A stretch of 64,000 nt of DNA, taken from Pecten maximus. Its lineage: Eukaryota. The translations under genes were made by a program, and so were the position numbers. The notes below the pieces were generated by a model. That model saw only the letters and a program-made list of their open reading frames with translations, was not told the DNA's origin and did no database searches. Position 1 is the stretch's first letter. The number at the start of each line of letters is the position of its first letter. Positions 46,323 through 58,537 of this stretch are shown in pieces. Location: positions 31,682,001 through 31,746,000 of the forward strand of contig NC_047016.1 of assembly GCF_902652985.1 (NCBI RefSeq). The letters run 5' to 3'.

Positions 46323-49300
46323 TTGAAACATATGTTTTGTGCGTTTGATTCCAGGAAACCCTCATCTATTCATAGAATGTTTTGTTTCTGGAATTAGCCT
46401 TCACGACTTTGACATTATGTAACTAATTAAACAGAATTGCTATCCAGGGGTCGCAAGGAGAAACACTTTATCATGTACTTCCGCAATGTACACATATTGA
46501 AACAGGTCGAGTTTCTCCCTCGATACATCATCTACTTGAGAGCAGGACATAAATAATTAAGTTAACGTTACGTACGACAACATGTGTATATATACACTTT
46601 ACCCTCATAGTTCAGCAATATTTTGATCCTTGTGAAACCGCATTTTATACTAAAGTTGAAAAGTTGAAATTGGTGGGGTAGCAGGGGAGGAGCGCAGGGC
46701 TGATAGTCGATTCCTAATTTGCACGCACTTTTTGTCCGTGACAGTTAAGAACGTATTTTGACATATTATGTTATATAAATCCAGCAAGTTATTGTTATAA
46801 CTTTTCCAACGTCTCCTGTGTATGAAAGGCGTTCATGTCGAAAATGAGAAAATTAACGCGTTAAATGACAAATATTAGTATTTAACGTAATGTTTACACA
46901 GCACATTTAACGTGATAAACAGCTTCGAAAGTTTAACGCGTTGAAAGTAGTAGCTATTGTTTTAACGATTTAAAAAAGTAAAAATAATTTAACGCGTTAA
47001 AGTCATTTAAACGCGTTAGATTTATCTTGTTTTTTTATTACTTTGAAATCTTTATTACAAATTGCGTGGTTATTACAAATTGCATGGTGACATGGCCCTA
47101 TCATACGTCTGGCTCGCGCACATGTACAAATACAAACAATTTTATCGGCGATAGACGGCGCTGTACAAATATGACCTCAGGATTGCAAATTTGATGGATA
47201 CCAAAACAGAAAGTATTTATAGAGTTTCCGCGAAACTGTAACACGCAGTATATCGGCCCAAAGATATGGCGTCCATAACACTCCTTTACATAGTATAACG
47301 TTCTATAGGTAGCAAACACACTATAGACATATAGTCCATTAATTAAGGGTCATCTAAATAGCAAGTCCAGTGATATTTTACAAGCCTACAAATCACGACT
47401 CTGGTGCAATGGAACAGAAGTTACTTGATACGACACATAGAGATATTTGAATTAATAAAAATGTCCCTATTAGATACTATCTAGACATCTGAGCATGGTA
47501 ATTCCGGAGTTTGGGGCTATTTTCAGAAATCTGTATAATTTAACTCAAACACTACGGTGGAACTATTTTTCCTAACAATAGTCTTCTTGCTATGTTCAGG
47601 GATGTTCATAATGTCTGATAAGAGTATTTTTGATGATTGAAATGCGTCTCTATATGCCATGCATCCTGTGTTATATTACTTAAAACCGCCATTTGCATTC
47701 AAGGTCAAAAGAGAATCAATGTTTATGCTTTTATAAAGTCAAATCCGGTCAAACAAATGTCCCAACTACCTGCTACTTGCTTAGATACTTGAGAGCATAA
47801 TGACATGATTATCTAGCTTGCTGTGTTCTCCTGAAACTTTCATTTTTACAGGTGTTTTGGTGAAATTAACAAGCACCTTAACAAATCACATGTTAACAAG
47901 ACCCATTGTTAGCCACGATACCAACTAAAATTGACCAAATAGTAATTTATGGACTTGTAAAATATGTGCATTATAATCGTCCTGTTGTTCTTATTCAGTT
48001 TGAGCGGACTGCCTATAATTTGTTTTCTGACCTACATTTGTGTATTGTGTATAACTCCATAGGTAGATGTCCTCGCTGCCAGGTAGGCCTAATGACAAAT
48101 TCTCCTATTCCTCATTTATCTCGCAAAACATCCATGTTATGGTGCTGTAACGTTCCAACCAGTCCATTAAAAGTTATACAGATCTAATATATACCGTATT
48201 TGACCTAATAAGGGCGCCTGCCCTAATAAGGGCGCCCCTACCTTTTTTCAAGGAAATAAATCTTTGACTGAGTGTCAAAATGGTGTTCAAAAGTAATAAT
48301 TCATGTGAATTGTATATATATTAAATATTTCTATGAGATGGGTTGCACATATATATCCTCAATATATGTAGAGTACATAAATGTGTGCGACCTATCCTAT
48401 ACATTATATCATTTGTAACGGACCCCTGTGTTGGGACACTAGATCTATATGAATGTCTTCCTATAGATTATCTGCACACTGACTTTTAGTAATCCTACTG
48501 TCATGTGTGTCATTGGACCTAGTGTCAAATGTGAGCACATATGTAACATGTTCTATAAATATATCCGTGTAATAACTTTAACTGGGTCTACATTTCCAAT
48601 AGTTTTTGAATACACTGCAATGCAAAACTGTTTATAATAGGTCTAATAAGCAAACTACTACACGTATTAGTACTTACTCGATTAACCCCTTCGTGTGTTA
48701 GACATCTAGGCCTACACCACTTTAACTTCGATGAACACTCTAATGGCGGCATATAGCGATATATCTATTTCCCCTGTTCTAAAAATAGAAAAAAGGTAAA
48801 TCCACATTCCTAGCGGAACGGAGAACGGATCGCCATAAAACGAGATGAATTAAGTTTCTATCAGACATTATCCAAGAAAGGGGATATTTCTGTCTATATA
48901 AAAAAAAATGGAAGATATGCAGGGATAACATTTTAATGTAATCATATTTATTTAGTCGTGTCTGCATATAAACCTAGTGTATAAGTAATATGTAAGCTGT
49001 ATGGTTTTCAGATGACATTCATGGTGCATATGAATACCAACATGGATCCGCTTATGACATTATTAGAAGAAAATATACGCAGTCTAGACTGTTATTAATT
49101 GAATGGTTTTTTTTTTTTATACATAATGCTTTCATTTTTCTTATTTTGGGGATTCGTGAAACAAATGTTTTTTTTTTTTTTTTTCTTTTTTTCTTCTTCA
49201 TAAATTACAAAAGTTGCATGATCAACAAGCCACTTGTCATCTTTCTTTACTTTATATTATATTATATATACATTTATATAGATATATGTCTCTGCTTTAG

Positions 49301-52300
49301 GTCGTGGTTACCATTGTCACCATACATGTCAATCGCAAAACCACTCGGGCCTTTCCGTCATATCTTCGGAAAATACGGAATGGCCCGAGTCGTTTTCCGA
49401 TTGCATACGTGTTTATAATTGGAGTGCCTTAGGCAGTTCTTTCTTGGTCAGTATGCTGCTTCTACTGGATGGCAGTAGTCAATCTCTATACACTGTGGTC
49501 AAATTAGTGGAAGATTTTGCGATGGTATCTGGAATAAAGATAAATTTTATGAAACTCCGATCTGTACTGGATAGGAAATAAGATGTTTTCAAATAAAAGA
49601 ATATGTCCCGATTTGAGTATTAATTGGTCTAATGCTAACTTCAATTGGGTATTATGTGTTCCTCAAATCTGGATAATATGAAACGAATAATGATAATAGT
49701 AAACAAAATCGGCAAACAATGGAAACAAGGATACCGAAATTTCATAGGTCGTTATGAAGCTGTATTACCCTCTAGAAAAAATATATAGTTTCAATTATGT
49801 TGAGTAAAACCGACTGGATGTTTAATTACTGGAAATGTGTTCGACAGGTTGTGACAAATCCTACAAACAGTAAAGAGAAATGTGTTATAGAATGGATGAT
49901 GATTTTAATTGGCATGCTATATACATGCATATATAACAAAACATTTAACTGTTCAATGGGAGCAAAATTACAAACTTTCAAAATAAAATTAATCATAGGA
50001 TTATTTCAACAAATGATTTGTTATTGAAAATAAAATTATATTCTACTAGACTTTTTACATTATGTAAAACGGAATCAGAAACTTTAAAAAATATTTTTGT
50101 TTAGTGTTATTTAATATAGAGATTATTTGAACAGTTTAATGTTTAATATACTGAACATGATGATATACATCCATTTTATCACTTTAAAGATGCAGATATC
50201 ATTTTAGGAATCCAAAGTTTGGAAAGTTATCAACATTTTTTTCTAATATTAATAAAACATATTTATTATTGTCACATGAAAGACTCCATTCCAAATTTTA
50301 GAAAATGTTAGACTGGTTATACATCATGAAGGGGAAAAAACACTTTTAGAATAAATGGGGTATCTTTTAACAATCTTTGAATAACATTGAACCCTCATTA
50401 GGGAGGGGAAAAAAGGGTGAAAAAATGTAAAACTTTTTGTATAAAATATGTTCCGTTTGGAAGTAATGTATACTATCTTTGGCTCCTCTGTGGGGGTTGT
50501 CCGATACTCGGATAGGCATCTGGAGGATCTCACCTACTTTACCTGCCACATATAATTATTCTATAGACATCGTGTGTACTTTCTGTCAGATTTGTAAGGA
50601 TTTACATAGACAAGCATGCCATGTTAATTTGAATATAAATTTTGTTGTAAAGTATCGATAAAACTTAATAAATGCAGTTTTTGATGTTAAAAGTAGGTAC
50701 AAACTGAATGAAGAGTGGGATGGATGAATAGTGAAATTAATGAATTACAGATTTACAGAATGAATGAATGAATTACAAAATAAATGGATTACAGAATGAA
50801 TGAATTATGAAATTAATGAATTACATTATTACAGAATGAATGAATTATGACATTAATGAATCCAGAATTACAGAATGAATTAATTAATTGAATTAGAGAT
50901 TGATTTCCGGAATAATTACGTGGATGGAAATTAAAGATAATTAATAGTTTATTGTTTGAATGGATATTTGACGGTGAATGAGAGCCCTCTTGCACGAGGA
51001 CACATATTTGTACGGATGATGAATCAAGAGTCCTAACCTTCGCGGTTATCCATACATGCATATAATTGCCATTTAACGCAGATATAAAAACAGGCACAGG
51101 TAGACAACTCCGAGGTGTGATGACTACCTCAGTGTCTACTGTTTGTAAATTATATTAATTAGAGGAACGCTTAACATTAAAAAAAAAGATAAAATAAAAA
51201 AAGAAAGAAAGAAAGAAAACAGTTTTTAACATGATGTAGATTATTGTTTCGGTTGTGTGTTAATTTTTGGAGAGAAATCTAAATTATAGCTGCATACTCA
51301 CTTCATTTGCTTACAACACTGAACATATCATACAACACTGAGCATATTATTACAACACTGAACATATCATACAACACTGAGCATATTATACAACACTGAG
51401 CATATTATTACACCATTGGGCAAATTATTACGATATTATTTCGATATTATACTAATCCATATCTTCCTGAGTTACGTAATAATGTCTATTTTTCTCAATT
51501 TTTCATCACATTGTTTAGTCTCCCTTCACTTTGCCACTCCATACGGATCGGTTCAGTCCGTGTTACGCCGTTCCGTCTCCGTTCAGCATTTTAGATGGCA
51601 ACACATAATTTCCGGACAGGGACGAACACAGGAGGCAGAAATGGAGTTTTTTGTAGAGTGAGTAGAATAGTATGGTAAGTAGTAACGTATGTAAATAGCC
51701 ACATATACGTTCTCTGATTCTTGATGGACAAATCACAAAACGTAACATTAGTGTTAAACTAGCCAGTTAACGGATTTTGAAATCAGAACAGGGACTGAAA
51801 AAACTCATTCATATTTATACTGTTGTAGGATGTGTATCCCAACTTACCCAAGCGATACCACACACATTCGCACGTTATCCCGTCTTTATAACGTTTTCGT
51901 GAAGTATACACAAATGTGTCGCCACGCAGACGTAGCCTATGTTTGACCTAGGTCCTCTGTACAACATGGGAGGTTACAAATCCCGCTGTCTTCACCGAAG
52001 TGATCACTGTACACATGTATACGGAAAACGAAACTATTGTAAAAACTCAATGGTTTGACGGTTAGCCATATTGGAACATGAAGGTATAGGAAGTAGTATT
52101 GTATTGTGAGAATTACCCTTTTTTCTGTATTTTAAAACAGAATGAACTCTATTATTATTAACGCTATTATTATATCATACGAGAAGTGTATATCGAACCA
52201 CAATAATCACCGCCGCGATACTAAAGTCTGATACACAGTACGTTACATAAAACACACATCGGAAATAGGAGTAATTTAACAGTATCACACTGTATAATAG

Positions 52301-52699
52301 TCGCACACGTCAATTTACTTATACCACGACAGACTGTATTTAAACTATACAGTTAAATCATATCAGCCAGGCGACTGTATGCCACACGGACTTGGCCTAG
52401 CCCGAGTTGACACCATGTCTGGTGTAGGGCCAGAGGAAACTCGGGCTAGGACTTTGCCCAACTGAAGGTCCATACATGGGTGACGGATTCCTGTAATATT
52501 TACACAATTATTTAATTTTCATAATCTGAAACAAAATGGTGTTAAATTCCTTGTTTACCAAAAGACATCTGCAAGTTGAAATTCCATATGAAATGTAATA
52601 GTGATAATAGAAATCAACCACCAAGCACACATTCTCATCAGGCGGCGGTATGGACGACGGCATGCAGTTGAAGTTAATGATAACAGTTCGGTCCTGTCT

Positions 52700-54012
52700 G
52701 CGGAGTTTCGTTCGTCGGGCAGTGATACAGTAGTATGTGGTGTCTCCGGAGTGTCGTCCGTCGGGTAGTGATACAGTAGTATGTGGTGTCTCCGGAGTTT
52801 CGTCCGTCGGGAAGTGATACAGTAGTATGTGGTGTCTCCAGAGTGTGAGTGTCGTCCGTCGGACAGTGATACAGTAGTACATATGTGCTGTCTCCGGAGT
52901 TTCGTCCGTCGGGTAGTGATACAGTAGTATGTGGTGTCTCCGGAGTTTCGTCCGTCGGGCAGTGATACAGTAGTATGTGGTGTCTCCGGAGTTTCGTCCG
53001 TCGGGTAGTGATACAGTAGTATGTGGTGTCTCCGGAGTTTCGTCCGTCGGGTAGTGATACAGTAGTATGTGGTGTCTCCGGAGTGTCGTCCGTCGGGCAG
53101 TGATACAGTAGTACATATGTGCTGTCTCCGGAGTTTCGTCCGTCGGGTAGTGATACAGTAGTATGTGGTGTCTCCGGAGTTTCTTCCGTCGGGTAGTGAT
53201 ACAGTAGTATGTGCTGTCTCCGGAGATTCGTCCATCGGGTAGTGATACAGTAGTATGTGGTGTCTCCGGAGTGTCGTCCGTCGGGCAGTAATACACCTGT
53301 AGGTGCTGTCACCGGAGTTTCGTCCGTCGGGCAGTGATGCTGTAGTATGTGCTGTCTCCGGAGTTTCGTCCGTCGGGCAGTGATACGGTAGTACTAGTAT
53401 GTGGTGTCTCCGGAGTTTCGTCCGTCGGGCAGTGATACAGTAGTACTAGTATGTGGTGTCTCCGGAGTTTCGTCCGTCGTGCAGTGATACAGTAGTACTA
53501 GTATGTGGTGTCTCCGGAGTGTCGTCCGTCGGACAGTGATACAGTAGTATGTGCTGTCTCTGGAGTTTCGTCCGTCGGACAGTGATACAGTAGTATGTGG
53601 TGTCTCCGGAGTTTCGTCCGTCGGGCAGTGATACAGTAGTATGTGCTGTCTCCGGAGTGTCGTCCGTCGGGCAGTGATACAGTAGTATATGGTGTCTCCG
53701 GAGTTTCGTCCGTCGGGCAGTGATGGAGTAGTATGTGCTGTCTCCGGAGTTTCGTCCGTCGGGTAGTGGTGATACAGTAGTATGTGGTGTCTCCGGAGTT
53801 TCGTCCATCGGACAGTGATGCTGTAGTATGTGGTGTCTCCGGAGTGTCGTCCGCTGGGCAGTGATATAGTAGTATGTGGTGTCTCCGGAGTGTCGTCCGT
53901 CGGACAGTGATACAGTAGTATGTGGTGTCTCCGGAGTTTCGTCCGTCGGACAGTGATACAGTAGTATGTGGTGTCTCCGGAGTTTCGTCCGTCGGGCAGT
54001 GATACAGTAGTA
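52700..54012. repeat. CpG-rich minisatellite, 46-bp unit, about 28 copies
   Basis: CGGAGTTTCGTCCGTCGGGCAGTGATACAGTAGTATGTGGTGTCTC. Confidence 0.97.
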
Positions 54013-54141
54013 GGTGCCTATGCAATCGGAAGGTTTCTGATGTTTTATCGGACTTTCAAAGTATGATATGGGCCGACTAACATCAGAACTCCTACCATTG
54101 TGATGTAAAATAATAATATTGATAATGTATTATGTGCTCCA

Positions 54142-54297
54142 GGATCCTGTGTGAGGAGTCCTGATTTGACCTCTACCCCTGACCCGGATGTATATAATCC
54201 AAGTTGGTGACACATTTTGACAGCTATCTCCAGAAAATGCCCAACATGCTGGGTTGAAACTTTTATATTTTGCTTCTCAGATGTTGGTCTTGGCCAG
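54142..54297 (+). pseudogene. Second copy of the TATA + signal-peptide exon module with an in-frame nonsense codon (MPNMLG*)
   Basis: Homologous to 38840-38995; TATATAA 54191-54197, ATG 54237, TGA at codon 7, CAG|GTGAGA donor at the same position. Confidence 0.55.
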
Positions 54298-55197
54298 GTG
54301 AGATGGAAAGTTGCATATGAGATTTTGGGAATTTATTATGAATTTTAATGTTACAATGAAACATTTAGCGAAGCTAATTGTGGTCTTAGTCCGGATGTGG
54401 CGCTCTGACTCACTCAACAACTTGATCTCAGAATTGGACCATTTGAGTGAGTCGTCCTTGGTTGATAATAATGGCTGATACTGGCTTAAGATGATTTCTT
54501 TATTTGTCTTGTCAGTGATAATCTTCATAAGAATACAAGATCGCTTATTTAAATACACAAAAATCCCTATACACAGGCGTTCCAGATTTTGGTATAAAAT
54601 ATAGTTGCTATAAACAAGCTGCCAACAGTTGTAGGGGTTTTACCTGACTCGCAACGACAACAGACCTTTACCAGTTGTCGTACCAGACATCTTTCCAATC
54701 CTTAAAACATGGTCTACTGTAAGGATGATTTGTTTCTCGTTCAAGATGACCAATCTTGTCCGTAGTCTTGGAAACCAATCTGCCATCACTGGAAAATGGA
54801 CCCGAAGTAACAAAAACTGTCTATTTCTCTCTTCATGAAGTCATTCTGCAAGACACCTAATCCGCGAAGTTGTTCCTCAAAATTTTATGAATCATAAAAA
54901 AATAATATCTTCTGGTCGTGGTTTCTTCTATTTTCTCACCATGGAATCCACATGGAAGGTTATGCATTTTTCTGCTCCTCGGCAACAACATTGAGAGCAT
55001 CCACCGCCATTAACTAATCGCCATTGACTAATTAATTACATATATCAACCGTTCATGTCTGAATTGTTATCATTGTATCTTTAGCTGTTCTCTGGTAAGG
55101 ATTGTGCAAAAGACATACGAATGGAAATTTAATTACGGATGCATTATATAGCGAATAAGGAATATAAAACTGCATCTTACAGTTGTTTACTCTTCCT

Positions 55198-55755
55198 GGA
55201 CTCGTCAGTGATGCTAGGGACATCATACAGCTGTTTCGTCCTGATAGGCCTCGTCAGTGATGATTGGGACATCGTACAGCTGTGTCGTCCTTATAGGCCT
55301 CGTCAGTGATGCTAGGGACGTCATACAGCTGTGTCGTCCTTATAGGCCTCGTCAGTGATGCTAAGGCCATCATACAGCTGTGTCGTCCTTATAGGACTCG
55401 TCAGTGATGATTGGGACATCGTACAGCTGTGTCGTCCTTATAGGCCTCGTCAGTGATGCTAGGGACGTCATACAGCTGTATCGTCCTTATAGGACTCGTC
55501 AGTGATGCTAAGGCCATCATACAGCTGTGTCGTCCTTATAGGCCTCGTCAGTGATGCTAAGGCCATCATACAGCTGTGTCGTCCTTATAGGCCTCGTCAG
55601 TGATGCTAGGGACATCATACAGCTGTTTCGTCCTTATAGGACTCGTCAGTGATGCTAAGGCCATCATACAGCTGTGTCGTCCTTATAGGCCTCGTCAGTG
55701 ATGCTAGGGACGTCATACAGCTGTGTCGTTTTAGAATTCTTCAGTGATGTTAGGG
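55198..55755. repeat. Minisatellite, 49-bp unit x~11
   Basis: CTCGTCAGTGATGCTAGGGACATCATACAGCTGTGTCGTCCTTATAGGC. Confidence 0.96.
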
Positions 55756-56006
55756 TTCAAAAGTTTGGAAAACCTGAATGGAACTCGATGGAAATCAAAG
55801 TCATTTTATAAACTACGTCATGGCATTGTATATGACTAAGTTATGTTAATTTAGATTTGGTTTGATTTGAAAAATCTTATTCATTTTTTGATATTTTAAA
55901 AGTTCCGAAATAACTTCCACTTAATATTGCAACCTGATTTACGATATACACGTGCACGTAACTGGTGTTCGATAGGAAACTTAATCATCTTGAGTTTAAT
56001 ATATAA

Positions 56007-56431
56007 AGGTTACACAACGAGTGGTTGTTGGATATGGAATTTATTTCACAAGAGTAAGTTATTTTTTAAATGTTACAAAAGACACGAGCTTTAGCGAGTG
56101 AGAGCGAAATTCCATATCCAACAATTTCGAGTCGTGTGACCTGTTTCTACCACAATAATATCGGCTTGAATCAAAGGGAAACGTGGCCAAGTATAATTTC
56201 GCGTATGCAAATAAAGTGTACCGGTGACGTCCGGGACCCGGTGATGTGACGTCATTAGATTATTGATGACGTCAATAACAATTGCAGCTTGGGTCAAAGT
56301 TCACCGTGTTAGCCAATCGAAATGCGTACAGAGTTTATACCACGTGTGGTATAAACAGATTGTTAATCAACAGCTGTAATGATTAACTGATGGTCTGAGA
56401 GTTGAATAACACGGGGTATTGTGGTAGAAAC
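56007..56431. mobile_element. Two-domain foldback element immediately upstream of the plus-strand TRIM-like exon
   Basis: Hairpin arms 56007-56042 / 56107-56142; perfect 15-bp IR 56143-56157 / 56417-56431. Confidence 0.65.
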
Positions 56432-56569
56432 TATAGTAAACACTACCTATAATCACCGTTTATATTTAATTGCAGGACATTCCGAAAGAGCTCTGTTATC
56501 CAGGGAGTATCGTTCATATTAATTAAATCAATGTTTATTTCTTACTTCCAGAGAAAAGAGTTATAAAAT

Positions 56570-58537
56570 ATGACGTCAGAGGGGCTCACGACAAGAAAGG
56601 AGGACAATGACGGATCTTGTGCGATTTGTACGGAATTATATCTGGACCCGCGCCTCTTACCGTGTCGACACACCTTCTGTTTGGGTTGTCTGGAGAGATG
56701 GCATGCCTCGAGTCACCAAAGACATTATTTTTCCTGTCCGATATGTCGGGAGAAGGTTTGGTTACCATTTCTCGGAGTGCAGGGATTCAGATCGAACTAC
56801 TTCGTTCCCAGTCAGGGGGGGAAGTCCTGTAGTTTGTGTAGGACACCAAATGGTGATGTCTGTCGTTGTAATTCATGTGATAAATTTCTATGTCATAAAT
56901 GCAGAGCAACACATGGATCAAATAAAACATCTAAGGACTGCTCTCCTTGCTGTGAGCAAGAGGACGAAATCGTAGCAGAGGAGGACACAGCATTACGAGT
57001 AACCATCAGCGCGCTGAGACCGGTCACAAGGTCTTGCTGCTATGCCGAGCTCATTGGTGGGTTTCAATGTTCAGCGGGGGTAAGTGACATGAGAATCAAT
57101 AAGATAGTCCCTGTGTCGGCGACCGAGGCATGGATTTTGTTCGATAACGGCCCCGCTGTTCACAAATACAATATGAGCGGAATGCTGACTGATGTTAGGT
57201 GTGCAGAAGGTAAGGTTATAGACATATGCATTCACCCGGATGGACCATTACTCTTCATACAGGAATATTCCAATTCGATATCAGTCTGTGGAGACGAAAA
57301 CACCACGCCTATAGAATACCTAAACGTTGGAGATTATCTTCCAACGTCTTTCCTGGTCCGAGATGAAGGCTCAATTATCGTTGCTGCTAAACCATTAGAC
57401 GAGTCATTGTTAAATGTTTGTTACTTAATTGTATTCAACCAAGAAAGGAACGTGATAGGCATGCAAACCCTTCGTGGTGAGTTCGCGCGGATTAGTAGTG
57501 TGGCATTGGACGTTTATAGTAATAGAGTGTGTTCAGCCGACATGGACTGCAGGGTAGTCCACGTGCTTCCAAAGAAAAAAGTGTTAACATATAGGCGTTC
57601 TCCAGCTTTTCCTATCAGAAGTGGTTCGAATAGACCAATTACAACACGGTTCTCTCCTAGAGCAGTTTGTTCTGGATTGCAAGGCGCCTTTCTGGTTTTA
57701 GATGGCGGGTCAGGATATATTCATGTGTTGGACACGTTCGCTTGCCTTACAAGTGTTGTTGTAATGGACGACCAGGAACACATTGGTTCACCCAATACTA
57801 TCGCGATGGGTCGGAACGACCGACTCTGGGTGGGGGATGGCAGTGACGGTATGGTGAAAGTGTACAGTGTAAATGCTTTCATCAACCACCTCGAACCTGG
57901 AACTATGGAACATGGTTTTACGCGCAGTAATACTAGCGGTATCCACGAACACGTTCTGTCAGATCATTCAACACATCCACAAGAACATATACCATTGCCT
58001 GGTATTAATGATAACCCGAAGTATATATCAAAAGACACGCTAGAGGCATTGACTGGCGGTGTACTAAAGGATTATCCTCCGATAAAAGTTTTTGGTGGTA
58101 CCAATGGAATTGAAATCGTCCTTGGAGACACGGGCAGCCCAGAGGGAAATATTCGTGAACGGGAACGTGTACTGCGCATGCTTCGCGAGAACGAGCTCCT
58201 CAGGAAGCAGGTAGAACTAGTTGGTTCCAGTGCAGATATTTTAGGACCTGCTAACGTTACATTTAAAAGTGCCTCTGACATCCCGGCACAGCAGAATCAC
58301 CCAAATCCTCACCTGTTTGGAGTATTTTCATCAGTGCCAAATCCTGCTGGAAACTTTCCCCAGCAATACGGTCATGGCGGACGTAGTTTCCTAACTGGAA
58401 ATAGGGATTATGATTTGCGTCATCTGGAAAACTTTCTAAAGACGAATCCGGCAGTACGGGAAGACATGGAAAGAAAGGGAATCACACCTGGAATGGTTGT
58501 AGATTTTCCAAGCTTCTTAGATGGAAAGTTATTTTAA
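56570..58537 (+). CDS. TRIM-like E3 ubiquitin ligase, 655 aa, paralog of 42492-44243; single coding exon
   Basis: RING CAIC..PRLLPCRHTFCLGC..CPICR; CSLC..CNSC..LCHKCRATH; NHL-like blades (PRAVCSGLQGAFLVLD, PNTIAMGRNDRLWVGD). Aligns colinearly by eye with the minus-strand gene. Acceptor cttccAG lies 18 nt upstream of the ATG (exon from 56552). Confidence 0.9.
   Translation: MTSEGLTTRKEDNDGSCAICTELYLDPRLLPCRHTFCLGCLERWHASSHQRHYFSCPICREKVWLPFLGVQGFRSNYFVPSQGGKSCSLCRTPNGDVCRCNSCDKFLCHKCRATHGSNKTSKDCSPCCEQEDEIVAEEDTALRVTISALRPVTRSCCYAELIGGFQCSAGVSDMRINKIVPVSATEAWILFDNGPAVHKYNMSGMLTDVRCAEGKVIDICIHPDGPLLFIQEYSNSISVCGDENTTPIEYLNVGDYLPTSFLVRDEGSIIVAAKPLDESLLNVCYLIVFNQERNVIGMQTLRGEFARISSVALDVYSNRVCSADMDCRVVHVLPKKKVLTYRRSPAFPIRSGSNRPITTRFSPRAVCSGLQGAFLVLDGGSGYIHVLDTFACLTSVVVMDDQEHIGSPNTIAMGRNDRLWVGDGSDGMVKVYSVNAFINHLEPGTMEHGFTRSNTSGIHEHVLSDHSTHPQEHIPLPGINDNPKYISKDTLEALTGGVLKDYPPIKVFGGTNGIEIVLGDTGSPEGNIRERERVLRMLRENELLRKQVELVGSSADILGPANVTFKSASDIPAQQNHPNPHLFGVFSSVPNPAGNFPQQYGHGGRSFLTGNRDYDLRHLENFLKTNPAVREDMERKGITPGMVVDFPSFLDGKLF

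Noticed and set aside
52508-54025. Multiple overlapping minus-strand ORFs
   Set aside because: The 46-bp unit cycles through all three frames; repeat artefact.
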